A stretch of 64,000 bases of DNA from Tubiluchus corallicola. Lineage: Eukaryota; Animalia; Priapulida. Of this stretch, positions 52,801 through 64,000 are shown piece after piece. The notes beneath the pieces were generated by a model, which was not told where the DNA came from, made no database searches, and saw only the letters and a program-made list of their open reading frames with translations. The position numbers and the translations under genes are program-made. Within the stretch, counting starts at the first letter, position 1. Every line of letters starts with the position of its first letter. The stretch covers positions 1 through 64,000 of the forward strand of contig JAQGDQ010000177.1 of NCBI GenBank assembly GCA_030141605.1, read 5' to 3'.

Positions 52801-55800
52801 AAGCTACCTTCTCTAAAATTCATAAATAATAATAGTAGTGCGCGATGTGTCATGCAAAATTACAACTAACAGTGTTAATGTAGCTTATACTATTTAAGTA
52901 CAATTTTAAACAACAAAAAGTAGGTGGAAATAATTTCTTACGAGTACTTCTAATTCACTAGTTATACTGCTGCTTGATTTTGGGGTATTTCTTTTTTAGG
53001 TTCGATATTTCTCTCAACAACCACAGCAAAAGCCAAAAGGTTTTTTTGGACAAATTCTGGAAAACATTAAACAGGATTTAGAGAAAAATAAGGAGATGAA
53101 AGTAAGGAAATCTGAGCATTGATTTTATTAATTAATTGTTATCAATAGGCCTGTCTTCTGAATTTTAGTTCTTTCTTGAATGAAAAATGCTTGGACTTCT
53201 TTCAACCCTGTGAGTAATGGTTGAATTTTTCATTTCGATTTTTAGGAAAGTTTGAAAAAATTTCGTGAAGAAGCTGAAAAGTTGGAACAATCTGAGGCGC
53301 TGAAAAAAGCAAGAGAAAAATATGTAAGACCATAATTTCTTCTCTTGTTCAAGTTTCATGATAATTTTATTTTTTGAAGATAAACTTATTTATTTCCTCT
53401 TGTGCGTAAATTCAGAATTGATTATGACTGTGTTACTGTGTTAATGTTTGATATTTATCTATTGTACCCAGGAATCCATTGAGAAAGAAAGCAAAACTGC
53501 AGTGGAGGAAACATTAGGCCAATTTAAAGAAAAGTTTTCTGAGGTAAAACGTGCTATTAGATATTGCTATGCAAATAAATAAGTAAGTAAGTAATTTATT
53601 GTCATTATGGCATAAAACATACAATGAAATTTAAGTAGTTTTACGTACTGCAATAACTTATGGAAGCAACAAGGAGATTAACACAAATAATTCAGTCTGT
53701 TGTACAGTGACATAGAGAATTAATATTGGAGATTTACTGACATTGATGGTGCGAATTGCAACAGGACAGAAGAAGTTTAAAGTTCTTGTGGTTTTAGCGT
53801 TAATTGAAAGAAATCTATGACCAGAGGGGAGCATTTCAAAATATTTATTACCTGGATTTATTACCTTACAACACTACATCTATAAGATTTTAATCTTCTT
53901 TCTAATTTTCTATACGAACTGTAAAGAAAACAGCCGAATTTGATCAGTCATGAATGTGAGAATCTTTTAAAAATATGGTAAAATAATTTGACCCAAGCCA
54001 GCTGGCAATGGGATGGATAAAAAGATCATCATGCTTGTATTTTCAGCTCTCATTTCTGTATAACTGTGTCAATTGCAGACACTGGAAGAAGCCAAAAAAT
54101 CAGAATTTGCTAAGAAGAGTCAAGAGTTATCAGATGATCTGGCAAAATCAGCCAAAGAAGCTGCAGAAACCATAACGAAAACTACAGCAGAAATTGGAAA
54201 AACAAAAGTCTTTCAGAGTGTGTCTTCTGTAAGTGCGTCTTTTAGAAAAAAAAATTGATAATATTTTTTGTTAATAATTGCAGTGTGTGTGATGTTATGT
54301 ATCTGTTTGTTCATTTGCAATAGTGAGAAGGAAGCAATCTTGAATAGTATCTGTGCAATGTATGTAAGTCCTTGCTTGATGATAATATGCTTTAGCAAAT
54401 TGTGGTGTTGAGCGAATCGACATTAATGAAGCCATGTTTTCTGTAGGTAATACTGTAAACAAATGTGATGCATTCTAGGGGAAGAAATCAATAATGCTCA
54501 GCTCATATACAGTGTTCCCTCACTTATCGCGGGTGTTCCGTTCCAGGCCCACCCACTATAAGTGAATTTCCGCAAAGTAGGGACGCCATACTTATTTTAG
54601 TAATTATACATTATTTTAAGTCTTTATAAACCCTCCCCACACTAACATGAAATGGAAGGGCTGAGAGAGGGTAGCTGCACACAGTGAAAGAAAACAAATT
54701 GCACGGTACCTGAGCCAATCAGCGACTGGGATACAGAGCAGCATTCTCTGGTTGGTCGCTTTCCATCTTTTAACCAATCGTGTGTTGTGTACAATCTCAC
54801 GTCGGCAAGTAGCATCTCAAGCGGGCGCAAGTATGACATTTCGTTTTTGGTGTGTATTCATCCGCCGAATAAATACACTATTTACCTTAAATGGTAATTT
54901 ATAATTTATGATTTATAATAATCTTTTAATGTTAGAATTAATATTTTTAATATATTTTTATACATTTTGTGATTTTTTTAATGCAAAATTTATCAACTCT
55001 ATACATTACTATATAATACGTACTACGCATGTGCAAAAATACTTTAGACGGAGTACCACAAAAACCCACAAAACAGCGAAAATACTGCGATAAATATTTT
55101 ACGTTAATATTTTTGAAAACCCACGAAACAATGAGTCTGCGATAAACGAACCGCGAAGTAGTGAGGGAACACTGTAATTCATACTATAGAATTTAAGAAG
55201 TTAATGAAAACTCTCTATACAAATTTATTATTATGAATGTAAGTTCATTGTAAGCAATTTGCATCATGAGTTAGTTATTCTAAAGTGTTTATTTTGTCCC
55301 TAAACTTTAGCAAATTTATCTCTAGCTAGTATGCGCATGCTATACGGACAGTCAGTTACAAAATACATTTTTATTTTTTCCGCAACATTCCAGAATTAGG
55401 TTTTTAAACTGTATATGTCACAGCAATATTTTGAGGTTTGGCATTTTTTCATGGTTTATGCTGAATGAGGAGTTCTTACTTACAGGGAGTACAAGCCGTT
55501 TCAGAGGAAATAACAGAAACCGCGTTCAAGCGTGCCCGTCATTATCAGCGACCGACGAAGTTGCGAAAACGGAAAGAATTTCGTTTTAGCGATGAGACTG
55601 ATAGGATAGTAGAAGCTAATCCGTACGTATACGACTCTTAAGTACTGTCTTATTTACAGTTTACTGCTAATGCTTTTTAACCTCGATTAATAAACACTCG
55701 TTATTCATTGACTGTGAATGTTTGTCTATGAATGTTAGCAAGTTCAGTTACTCTTTATGTAGTTTTTGTCAAACTCTTAGGATTGAAGCATTAGATCAAC

Positions 55801-58800
55801 AGCCCTACCCAGCTTTTTAAAAGAGATCAAAATGCCTGACAAGCAAAATAGTGTCATAAAAATATCATACTAAATACGCACAAAACTAATTATTTGATCT
55901 TAACTTTAACATGAATAGTTTTAAGCATTATGTGTTACTCCTTCCCTCTGATATATTAAACTAAATTGTTGTAAAATATGATAAATGGTATCAGGTATAG
56001 ACGCACGCACACACACACGCACGCATGCACACATACACACATGCATGCACGCACACACACTCTCACAACAGTAGCAATGCTGTCAGTAAATTTAGTACTT
56101 TGGCACTGAAGTCTACTGCTATATCTTCTGGTTTATATATTGCAGTACTGGGGGGGATAACGTTTGTGCATAGTACTTTTTTAATTAAATGTTGGGTTTT
56201 GTAGGGAAGCAACTGGAGTTGAACTGCACAAAGAATCTAGATGGTTTCAAAGTTGGGAAAGCTGGAAAGAAAACAATCAATATGTGAATAGTAAGATTTT
56301 TTGCTAATCTTACTCTGAATTATTCTTTAATCCTGACTGGAAGCGTTTTTCTAGAGTCAAAACACCTGCTGTTTTTGAAAGTCTGAGCTAACCTGTGATA
56401 TGCCTGAAGTGTTTCTTTTACTCATATTGAACTGTAATTACATTTTAAATTGACCTGAAATTCATTTCAGAAATATTCGATCTAAAGATGCGGTACGATG
56501 AAAGTGACAATGTCGTAGTGAGAGCATCGCGGTTACTAACTGACAAACTTTCTGACATGTTTGGTAAGATATGGAAACTAGCTGAATTCAACTTTTCTAT
56601 CTTTTATTGAAATTACTTGCACAGCACACTTTACTGATTTTTATAAACCATAAACAATTAATCACGGATTATATAGGTAACCCCCCTCTATAGTGCTCCA
56701 TGCCGTAACTCAATGTTGATACACTGTTGTCATTTATACTAAGTAATGACCTAATTCGATTCCTTATGGCTGACGTAGCTAACAGAGTTACTTCAGCTTG
56801 AGCTAGTTATAAATGATGTAGACCTTGAGCTAGTTCTATATTAAAACACTTTACATTATAAGAGTGAAGAAGTACAAAGTAATTTAAAGAAATAAACTTT
56901 GTACATCATTTTGATGTGCATGTGATCTTCCTGATGTCATAATCATTTAATGCAATGTCGATAATAATGATATCTTTCTTTTTAGGTGGCCTTTTCACAA
57001 AAACTGAGCTTTCGGAAGTTTTGACGGAAATATGCAAAATGGATCCAAATTTTGATAAAGAGCAGTTTCTTGTTGAGTGTGAATATCGAATCATTCCAAA
57101 TATTTTGGAGGTGAAGTTCGTTGCTGCTGCTCCGAGTTAAACTCATACGTACAGCGTGTGTAGCTTTGAAAATGAAAATGTTTTTAGATTAATTTAAGGA
57201 AATAGGTGTCAATTTATTTATGTTTACACTTGTTCATGTTGACTTTTAAACTTTTATGATCGATATATTCTTCCTTAATTGCGGCAAACTCTATGCAGCT
57301 GTAAAGACGGCATTTTTTTTCCGTCAAACAAATTATTTTTTGTTTTACGTTAAATCACAGTTTAAATTGCTTATTTTATTTTTTATAAACATGTTTTTTG
57401 TGCTTATTATTATAAAAAATAAAGTGAACAAACTGAAAAAACAGATTTATACCTGAGCCTTGTACAATGTACATGTACCAAAAATTACTAAGTATTTTTA
57501 GAATTAATAATTGGGCATTAATGAAAATCTGCTGGGACACAGTGCATTATACTTTGATATTTATTTTATTTTTTCTTCGATATGTGATTTAGTATCTTCA
57601 AAATTTTGATCACTTACTAAATGAACTCTTATGCCTTATGCTATTGTTAAATTTATATGTATTTTTGTCGTACTTCAGGCAATGGTGCGAGGTGATCTAG
57701 AAATTTTAAAAGATTGGTGCTATGAAGCACCATTCAATGTTTTAGCTCATCCGGTAAAGCAAGCACAAGCAGCCGGCTACAGATTTGATTCAAAAATTCT
57801 TGATATTGATCATGTTGATGTAAGTCGAAGAGATTTATATAAAAAAACCTTAAGTTAACCCTTATAGGGTCACGATTTTTTACAACCAATTTTGATAACC
57901 GGGGGGTAAAAAATTACCCCCTCCATAATTCGTAAATTACTTTTGATAAACCGCCGTGTTTCATTAGTAAACAGCAACGCCATAGTTTGTGGTTATGCTG
58001 ACCACCATAGAATACATTATACCTCTGCTTAAAGACATGTGACTTACTAGTAATATGAAATTTAAATTCACTTAGTTACGTTCCCTTATCTATGCTGGAA
58101 TAACTGTAGACAACCGACATTGCTAGCGCGTGTGCAAAAATCATTGTTATTTTGAATTTATTGTCTACTACTTTCTTCTTTTAGGTGGAGTAATTTGAGT
58201 AACTGACATTTTGTTTTATCAGATACATCGCCCGTATAATGTATAGACAAGTGAAGTAAAGTTTCAACAATTTTAAAAAATCGACATTGCATTTTCACCT
58301 ATTTCTTTGTGAGACAATGCGCCTAAAATAAATAACTGACAGTATTTTGTGCACAAAACATATTTAGAAAAAGTCATAGAAAAGGTTTACTGGGACGCAT
58401 ATGGTATAAAAGGGGTAAAATGCAAAAAAACGGTCTGGGGGTAATTTTTTACCCCCCCCCCGGTAACCCTATAAGGGCAAACCAAAATGAATTAGTTTAA
58501 AAATGCCTAGCACTAGTTTTTGTCTTTATGGGCTATCTGAGTTGTTAGCTGACGATTGCAGATGCTTTTTGAGTTGTTTTCATGTTTTTAATGTAATAGT
58601 AATTTTTTTTGTATGTTTACAGTTAGCAATGGGCAAGATCATGGAGCAAGGTCCTGTACTAATAATAACATTCATATCTCAACAGATTAATTGCGTTCGT
58701 GACAAAAGCGGAGCAGTAGTAGAGGGAGATCCGGTCAGTAGTCATTGAATGATGCTCTTTTAATGTAAAAATAACCTTATACTAGTGTCTTGGTCGCCTG

Positions 58801-59719
58801 AACCTTGTCAGACATTTATTTGCAATTAATTTCTAACTAGTATTTAATTCAGTAGCATGCGTGATGATTTATAAATCTGAAAATCCTTTCGTGTACATTC
58901 TCCACCCCTCGTTGCCACCAGATGGCAGCAAAATGACAGGTTGTAATCAACCAGTGCTTGTGAGGTAACAACTCATGAACTGCTACAGTGATATTTGTTC
59001 AGTATTAGGAAAATATAATGAGATTTTTCCAACATTAGGAAAAATATATTTGGCCTCTGGTGCACAAAACTGCATATACGATTTAAAACCTGCATTTTAC
59101 TTCTCAGAGTCACTGATATTATATCATCTTTTAATATCATCTTTTTATAGCATATTTTATAGGCAGTGATTTTAATGTTCAGCCTTTATTATAGGTTTTC
59201 TGGAACATATACGCTGTAGCTAAATTCTCCAATGGGCTCTTCCAAAATATTATGTCTGATTTATTTAAATAATGTTTTTTAAAGATAGAAACATTTATTT
59301 TCCTTATGGGTGTAAACCCAATCTACAATAGTTTTATGCCTGACCACTTGTTTTATAGACATGTAATTTATTTTATGATTAATTATGCATCTGTAAAATG
59401 AGCCTTGCCTTGCTTGATCAATTGTTTGATGGCAATAGTATTCCATTTCTGCAAAATGACCATACCTGAATAAATTACCTTAAATATAATCATTAGGAAG
59501 GAAAAAATCTTTGCAACAAGGTTTGGAAACTTGTTATGTAAAACCTATAAATATTGTTGTTCACTTACACTCATGCAATTTTTGTTTATATTTTTCTAGG
59601 AAAAAGTTCAGAGGATGCAATATGTTTGGGTTATGTGTAGAGATCAGACAGAACTTGATCCGAGAGCGGCTTGGCGGTTACTAGACCTGTCAGCTAATGC
59701 TTCCGAACAATGGTTATGA
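49838..59719 (+). CDS. TIMM44: Mitochondrial import inner membrane translocase subunit Tim44, ~460 aa, 13 exons
   Basis: Exons 49838-49897, 51267-51374, 53000-53101, 53246-53323, 53472-53543, 54079-54228, 55486-55622, 56205-56290, 56471-56563, 56986-57110, 57679-57819, 58623-58733 and 59600-59719; all GT-AG, in phase, 1383 nt. Motifs KNKEMKESLKKFREEA, YDESDNVVVRASR, GDLEILKDWCYEA, MGKIMEQGPVLIITF, CRDQTELDPRAAWRLLD. The first two exons (presequence) are less certain. Confidence 0.95.
50130..51170 (-). mobile_element. Degraded CR1-like LINE RT fragment in TIMM44 intron 1
   Basis: GIHQGTLSGLYCFLIFINDIADC...LLFVNNLK (decayed GVPQG...YADD) and terminal FKNALD. Confidence 0.65.
52500..52617 (-). 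mobile_element. tRNA-derived SINE head
   Basis: GGGTGGTGTAGCTCAATGGTAGC (A box)...GGGTTCAACTCTC (B box), followed by CCGAGTCATACGAAAGACT, a junction typical of invertebrate tRNA-SINEs. No acceptor-stem closure. Confidence 0.6.
54510..55174. mobile_element. Tigger/pogo-type MITE, 665 bp (second family)
   Basis: TA|CAGTGTTCCCTCACTTATCGCGG...CCGCGAAGTAGTGAGGGAACACTG|TA. Confidence 0.88.
57859..58477. mobile_element. piggyBac-like MITE, 619 bp
   Basis: TTAA|CCCTTATAGGGT...ACCCTATAAGGG. Subterminal inverted repeats CCGGGGGGTAAAAAATTACCCC / GGGGTAATTTTTTACCCCCCCCCCGG. The right TSD is decayed (CAAA). Confidence 0.78.
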
Positions 59720-62700
59720 TCTAGTCATGTAAATGTTATTGTATATAAGAGCTGTCATGCACAGTGAAGACTGTACAGAAACTCCAGTAGCTGTAGCCCT
59801 TCGCAGTCAGTTGGCTGTTCTGCTTATCGGCCTTATCATTATGGCTTCGGATCTGCACCTTTTGAGCAATTCTAACAGCCAAAGAAAACATTATAAAATG
59901 TTGTCTAAGTGCTGCAGTATTTTTGCAAACTGAAATGAACTCGTGTAAAGTATGACAGCACTGATACTGAAACTGAGTTTCTGAGAGTCTAATAGTCAAG
60001 TAGTTGCTTGAACGTTTCCTCATGTTTTTATACAGATTTGTGTACTGTTAGCTGGCATACAGGTGATGCTTACGATTAGTGTTTGATTAGCTGTGGTGAG
60101 ATCTCTAAGGTAAGATCGTAACCCGAAGGTGTCTGAGCCACGTGGGAGATAATAGCTAAAGGCAGTATGGCCCAGAAACAAGTTTTTCTGACAGTCACAA
60201 CACACCAATTACCGACTGGGCTGTGCTGTGCATATGTTCAACTTTAACATCCTCTTTGCATTTCCCTCACCAACATATGAGAATACTGTACAATTCCTGT
60301 GTTAATATATGCATCTACAACCAGCCAGCATTTGTGTCTTTTTCTTGTTATCATACCTTCTAAAAATAAATGTTATTTTTGAAGGTGAATCTTCTAATGA
60401 GAGACGAATGTTATATGATTCATTCATTTATTGAATAAATTGAGCAAGGTAATTCAAAGTTGTTTTTCAACATTTTATCGGTTTTGAAACTGTAGCCATT
60501 ACTTGTATTCGTTCAGCTGAGATCGAATGGTAATTGATATCCTGCGCCAAAGACAATTTGAATTTGAGTAAGGTGAAGTTTTGAAACCTTTCCCCAATCC
60601 ATGGGCCTATCCCATTGACAAACTGTGACTTTTGATATGTGGTTTCTGTAAGCAACATTTGATATAATGAGTTACTTTATTTCTTGGTCTCTATTTTGTT
60701 GGAGTCTTACTTACCCGTAAGCAATTGTCTCACCTATAACACCCAGATCTTGAATCATTATCTTCACTACTACCACTACTACTAGTACTACTAAAGCTTT
60801 CGTTTCATAATTCGTCGCAACTGAAATCATCATTACCATCGTCATACTTCACTGCATTGTTATAAATATTTTTTATAATGAACCGTATCACATTAAAATG
60901 TTGATTTTGAAATGCGGAATGTGAAGTTGTTAATATACTACCATGTATTATCATCTACGATCTTTTACATTAAACACTTCGATGATCTGAAATATGTAGG
61001 AAGATGCTGTGCCAAACAAGCAACTTTTTTACGTAGCTAATATTGTCTCTACATCTATATGCTGCTTTCAGTATCAATACATAATAGTATAGTACAGCAT
61101 AGTACATAATTATATAAACTCTTGTTTATTCCAAATATACCATTTATAATGTTATCCAAACAACAAAACGTGTGTATCTTCTAAAACAGCACATAGTAAC
61201 ATATAACGTGGTAGTTGAGGCAACACAACTATGCAAACATATTTCAGGATTTTGGCTACACAAATAGGATCAAATTTGCTCACATCTGAAAGTAGACATG
61301 CTGCAGACCTTTTTTAAGCTTTTCTACTATTAACAATAAAAATACTCAGCTTATGAACTTGGTCATTAGTAGCCGTCTCATCAAATTCTTAAACATGATC
61401 GAACCGATACAAGACTGTTAGTATACGTATAAAACGACCGTTTTATTAGCATTTTTATAAGAAGAATAGAACTTGGAAGCATGTATTATAAATCTGTTTT
61501 ATTCTGCAGAAAAAACAAATTCAACATCGGTGATGAGAGTAAATGGTTCTGTGCTAAACCTGCTGAACTGTAAGATGCAAAATTTTTGAAAGAAGTAGTG
61601 ACTTCTGTTAGTTTCTTTTACATGTAATGTGCAATTAATATACAGTTACTTTTATAATTACATTTACTGAAGTTAGTTATAGGAATGTGTAATGTTAATG
61701 CTAGACAGCGTGTATGGCAATGTGGCAATGTAGAAATCTAAGTGAAATTTTATTGTAAATTCTTCTCCAGAAGTTTTTCGTATTTAACACTATCTTGTCA
61801 AATTTGAGTAGCAGTAGTAATGCACTACAACACACGATTTACCATTTTCACGTGACAGCTAAGAACAGTTTTGTGATGAAATAAATTGTAGTGTGTTACA
61901 GTTTCAAAAATTCAAGTGAAAGAACTATTTATCACATCACTGGTGTCAACTGAGTTAAATTGTTGTAAAAAAGAAATAATGATTACTAGAGTAGTTCAAA
62001 ATGCTAATAAAAAACTACACTGAATAGATACCAATTTCAAATAAATTAATGCACACATTTGAAATTTTTCAAACGTGATCGTAAAGGAGTGCGACAAGAA
62101 GCACAAAATACCTGACTTCAGAAGTGCTGTGTGAACGGTACCGTGTTATAGTTACATATATTTCAACAATAGCAAAGTTATCTTACATTAATATTCAGTG
62201 ACTGTATGTTTCATTTACAACCTAAACATTGAACTTGTGTCATTTAGCAATGACTAATCTAGTCCAGAGTCCATCTAGTCTATTATTTATGCCAAGGATG
62301 TACACAGTTTCTGAAAAACTACCAAACACGGTGGCAGGAAAGAATGTGCATTATTCACTTTTGTGATTTTAGTTATTGAAATACGGAAGGTCTCTGTCCT
62401 GTTGCAATGTAAGCAGTCGATTCAGCTCATTTTATTCCGTCTTGATACGGATGCAGACCTCCACAAGTTGAAAAGTACAAATATCCAAATCTAATGTGCA
62501 TATTAAGGCCACGCAGCAACGTCTGCTGTTGGAAGCAAGTAAAATAAAGGTATAATAGATAACTTGGAAGACAGCTTCCTCAAAAAGACGAGCAATACAA
62601 CGATATCACAGGTTCTTGTCTATTTCCATTACGTGTTCATCTATTATCAACATTCAAAATATGGCTGACAACCTAGCACCACAGTTACTGTACAAGAGGG

Positions 62701-62804
62701 GAAACAGTGAAGTGATTTACGAATACACAATAAGCAGTCAATAGTTAACCATTATGATACAAAAGAAACAGAAATATAAAGTAAAGCCATTGATTCGTAA
62801 GTGT

Positions 62805-63545
62805 TCAAAAGTAAATGACATCATCTGGGTTAGATTTACTTTTGGAATGTTTAACTTTGTCCTTCGTCTGCGCAACACTCGCAAGTTTCATCGGTAATTT
62901 TTGTTGCACTGATTGTCCTGGCGACCGATTGTGCTGTGCCACAGGTGGACGACCCTGTGGTGGTTTTTGTGACGTGACAGGAGGCGAGGACGACAACGTC
63001 GCTACACCCTGGGAAAGCTTCAATGGCAGCAATTGCTGAATTGTGCTTCCCGACGGAGGTTTTTGTGTGACAACGTTCGGAGAATTGTGTGCACTAGAGG
63101 AACTGTTGTCGCTCAACAGCTTTAAAGGTATCTGCTGCCTTAGAGCGCTCTCACTTGCACTGTGAACCATGCGCTTCTCATTGGTGGCACTAAGAAGATG
63201 CATTGGAAGTTCAGTGCGAGACTTTAATGACACATTACTGGTACTTTGTTTCATAGCACCTGGCTTATAATCCTTTATATCAGTATTACTCCTCTTTACG
63301 TGTTCGATGTTATCCAAGCTTGAGCTAGACTCGTGTAAAGTTGCCCTTCTCTCTACCTCACTTTTTGGTGCCGCAGTATTGGCACTAAAGTAAGTCAATT
63401 TCACGCTTTCTGGCGGTACGTCGGCTGCTTTATTTTCACTGCCTAATGTCGACTGAGAAGCAGCCTGCTTATGATAAAATGTGTACTGACGCTGCAATGC
63501 ATCCCGCTGCCTGCCCAGTTCTGCATGCTGTGACTGTAACTGCTC
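62805..63545 (-). CDS. Last coding exon of an Lbc-family RhoGEF (ARHGEF18/p114RhoGEF/Cysts-like); upstream exons outside the window
   Basis: Acceptor TTTGCAG|GAG at 63545, 741 nt to TGA. Coiled-coil end, LPMHLLSATNE, QQIPLKL and C-terminal DDVIYF match my recollection of ARHGEF18 (PIQLLSATNQ, QQQIPTKL, EDVIFF). Confidence 0.75.
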   Translation of the reverse strand, partial: EQLQSQHAELGRQRDALQRQYTFYHKQAASQSTLGSENKAADVPPESVKLTYFSANTAAPKSEVERRATLHESSSSLDNIEHVKRSNTDIKDYKPGAMKQSTSNVSLKSRTELPMHLLSATNEKRMVHSASESALRQQIPLKLLSDNSSSSAHNSPNVVTQKPPSGSTIQQLLPLKLSQGVATLSSSPPVTSQKPPQGRPPVAQHNRSPGQSVQQKLPMKLASVAQTKDKVKHSKSKSNPDDVIYF

Positions 63546-63789
63546 CTGCAAACAACAGATTATCATTGCAATAAAAGAAAAAATTATGTATGTCAGATTG
63601 AATTGCTGATGTCAGATGTGAATTGAACTCACACTACATCTATTTAAATGATTTTTTAAGATAAACCTTCTAATCTATTACAAATCAGTATGACAAGAAC
63701 TAGACCGACTGATATTAAATTTATTAGTGAATGCAGGATTATTGCACTAATTAACATTATGATTCCGTAACTAAAATTGATATGAACTA

Positions 63790-64000
63790 CAGTCAATCTC
63801 GGATATAAGGGACACCTCGGGCCCGGAAAAAACCGTCCCTTATAGCCAAAGTTGAGTCAGGCCGAGGGTGTATCTAGACCTGTACTTTACTGCACTTTTA
63901 CCGATATTTTTATGGATTATTGCTATACATTCAGTGCAAACGGTATGTAGGAAGCTCCTTCAGTGATGCGAGATATATGTGACCGTGGAAACCAAGCTGT
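63790..64000 (-). mobile_element. pogo/Tigger-type MITE, long form, inverted copy running off the window
   Basis: TA|CAGTCAATCTCGGATATAAGG..., then the reverse complement of the 14420-14643 region. Confidence 0.85.

Noticed and set aside
58858-58882. C/D box snoRNA in a TIMM44 intron (TGATGA...CTGA)
   Set aside because: The boxes are only ~9 nt apart, too short for a snoRNA.
59717-59724. Readthrough or selenocysteine at the TIMM44 TGA
   Set aside because: The stop is at the normal C-terminus; context is TGA-TCTAG, not TGA-CTAG, and an in-frame TAA follows within a few codons.

Overview
AT-rich, intron-rich eukaryotic (invertebrate animal) genomic DNA, not prokaryotic. From left to right: (1) the 3' part of a decayed BEL/Pao LTR retrotransposon (gag-PR-RT-RH-IN, polypurine tract, 463-bp 3' LTR) with an internal ~457-bp tandem duplication; (2) a minus-strand, kinase-less 3-Ig FGFRL1/nou-darake-like receptor gene that the ORF track shows only in fragments. 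I assembled 10 coding exons (~445 aa), a TATA box and a probable 5'UTR exon; (3) an intronless mitochondrial Fe(II)/2OG dioxygenase of the BBOX/TMLH family with Aim17/Fmp12-type motifs; (4) a minus-strand taperin/phostensin-like PP1 regulator (3 exons, ~1014 aa); (5) TIMM44 (13 exons, ~460 aa), divergent from the taperin-like gene; (6) the last exon of an ARHGEF18/Lbc-family RhoGEF on the minus strand. Introns and spacers contain pogo/Tigger, Kolobok-like, piggyBac-like and Harbinger-like MITEs, a 5S-derived SINE with an RTE-like tail and TSD, LINE fragments and mini/microsatellites. I found no clearly new multi-gene system. The best leads are the divergent FGFRL tail and exon structure, a minisatellite built from a splice donor, the Aim17-like dioxygenase, the 5S-RTE SINE and proto-MHC-like microsynteny. 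All gene models were assembled by hand and family names come from motif recall, not database searches.
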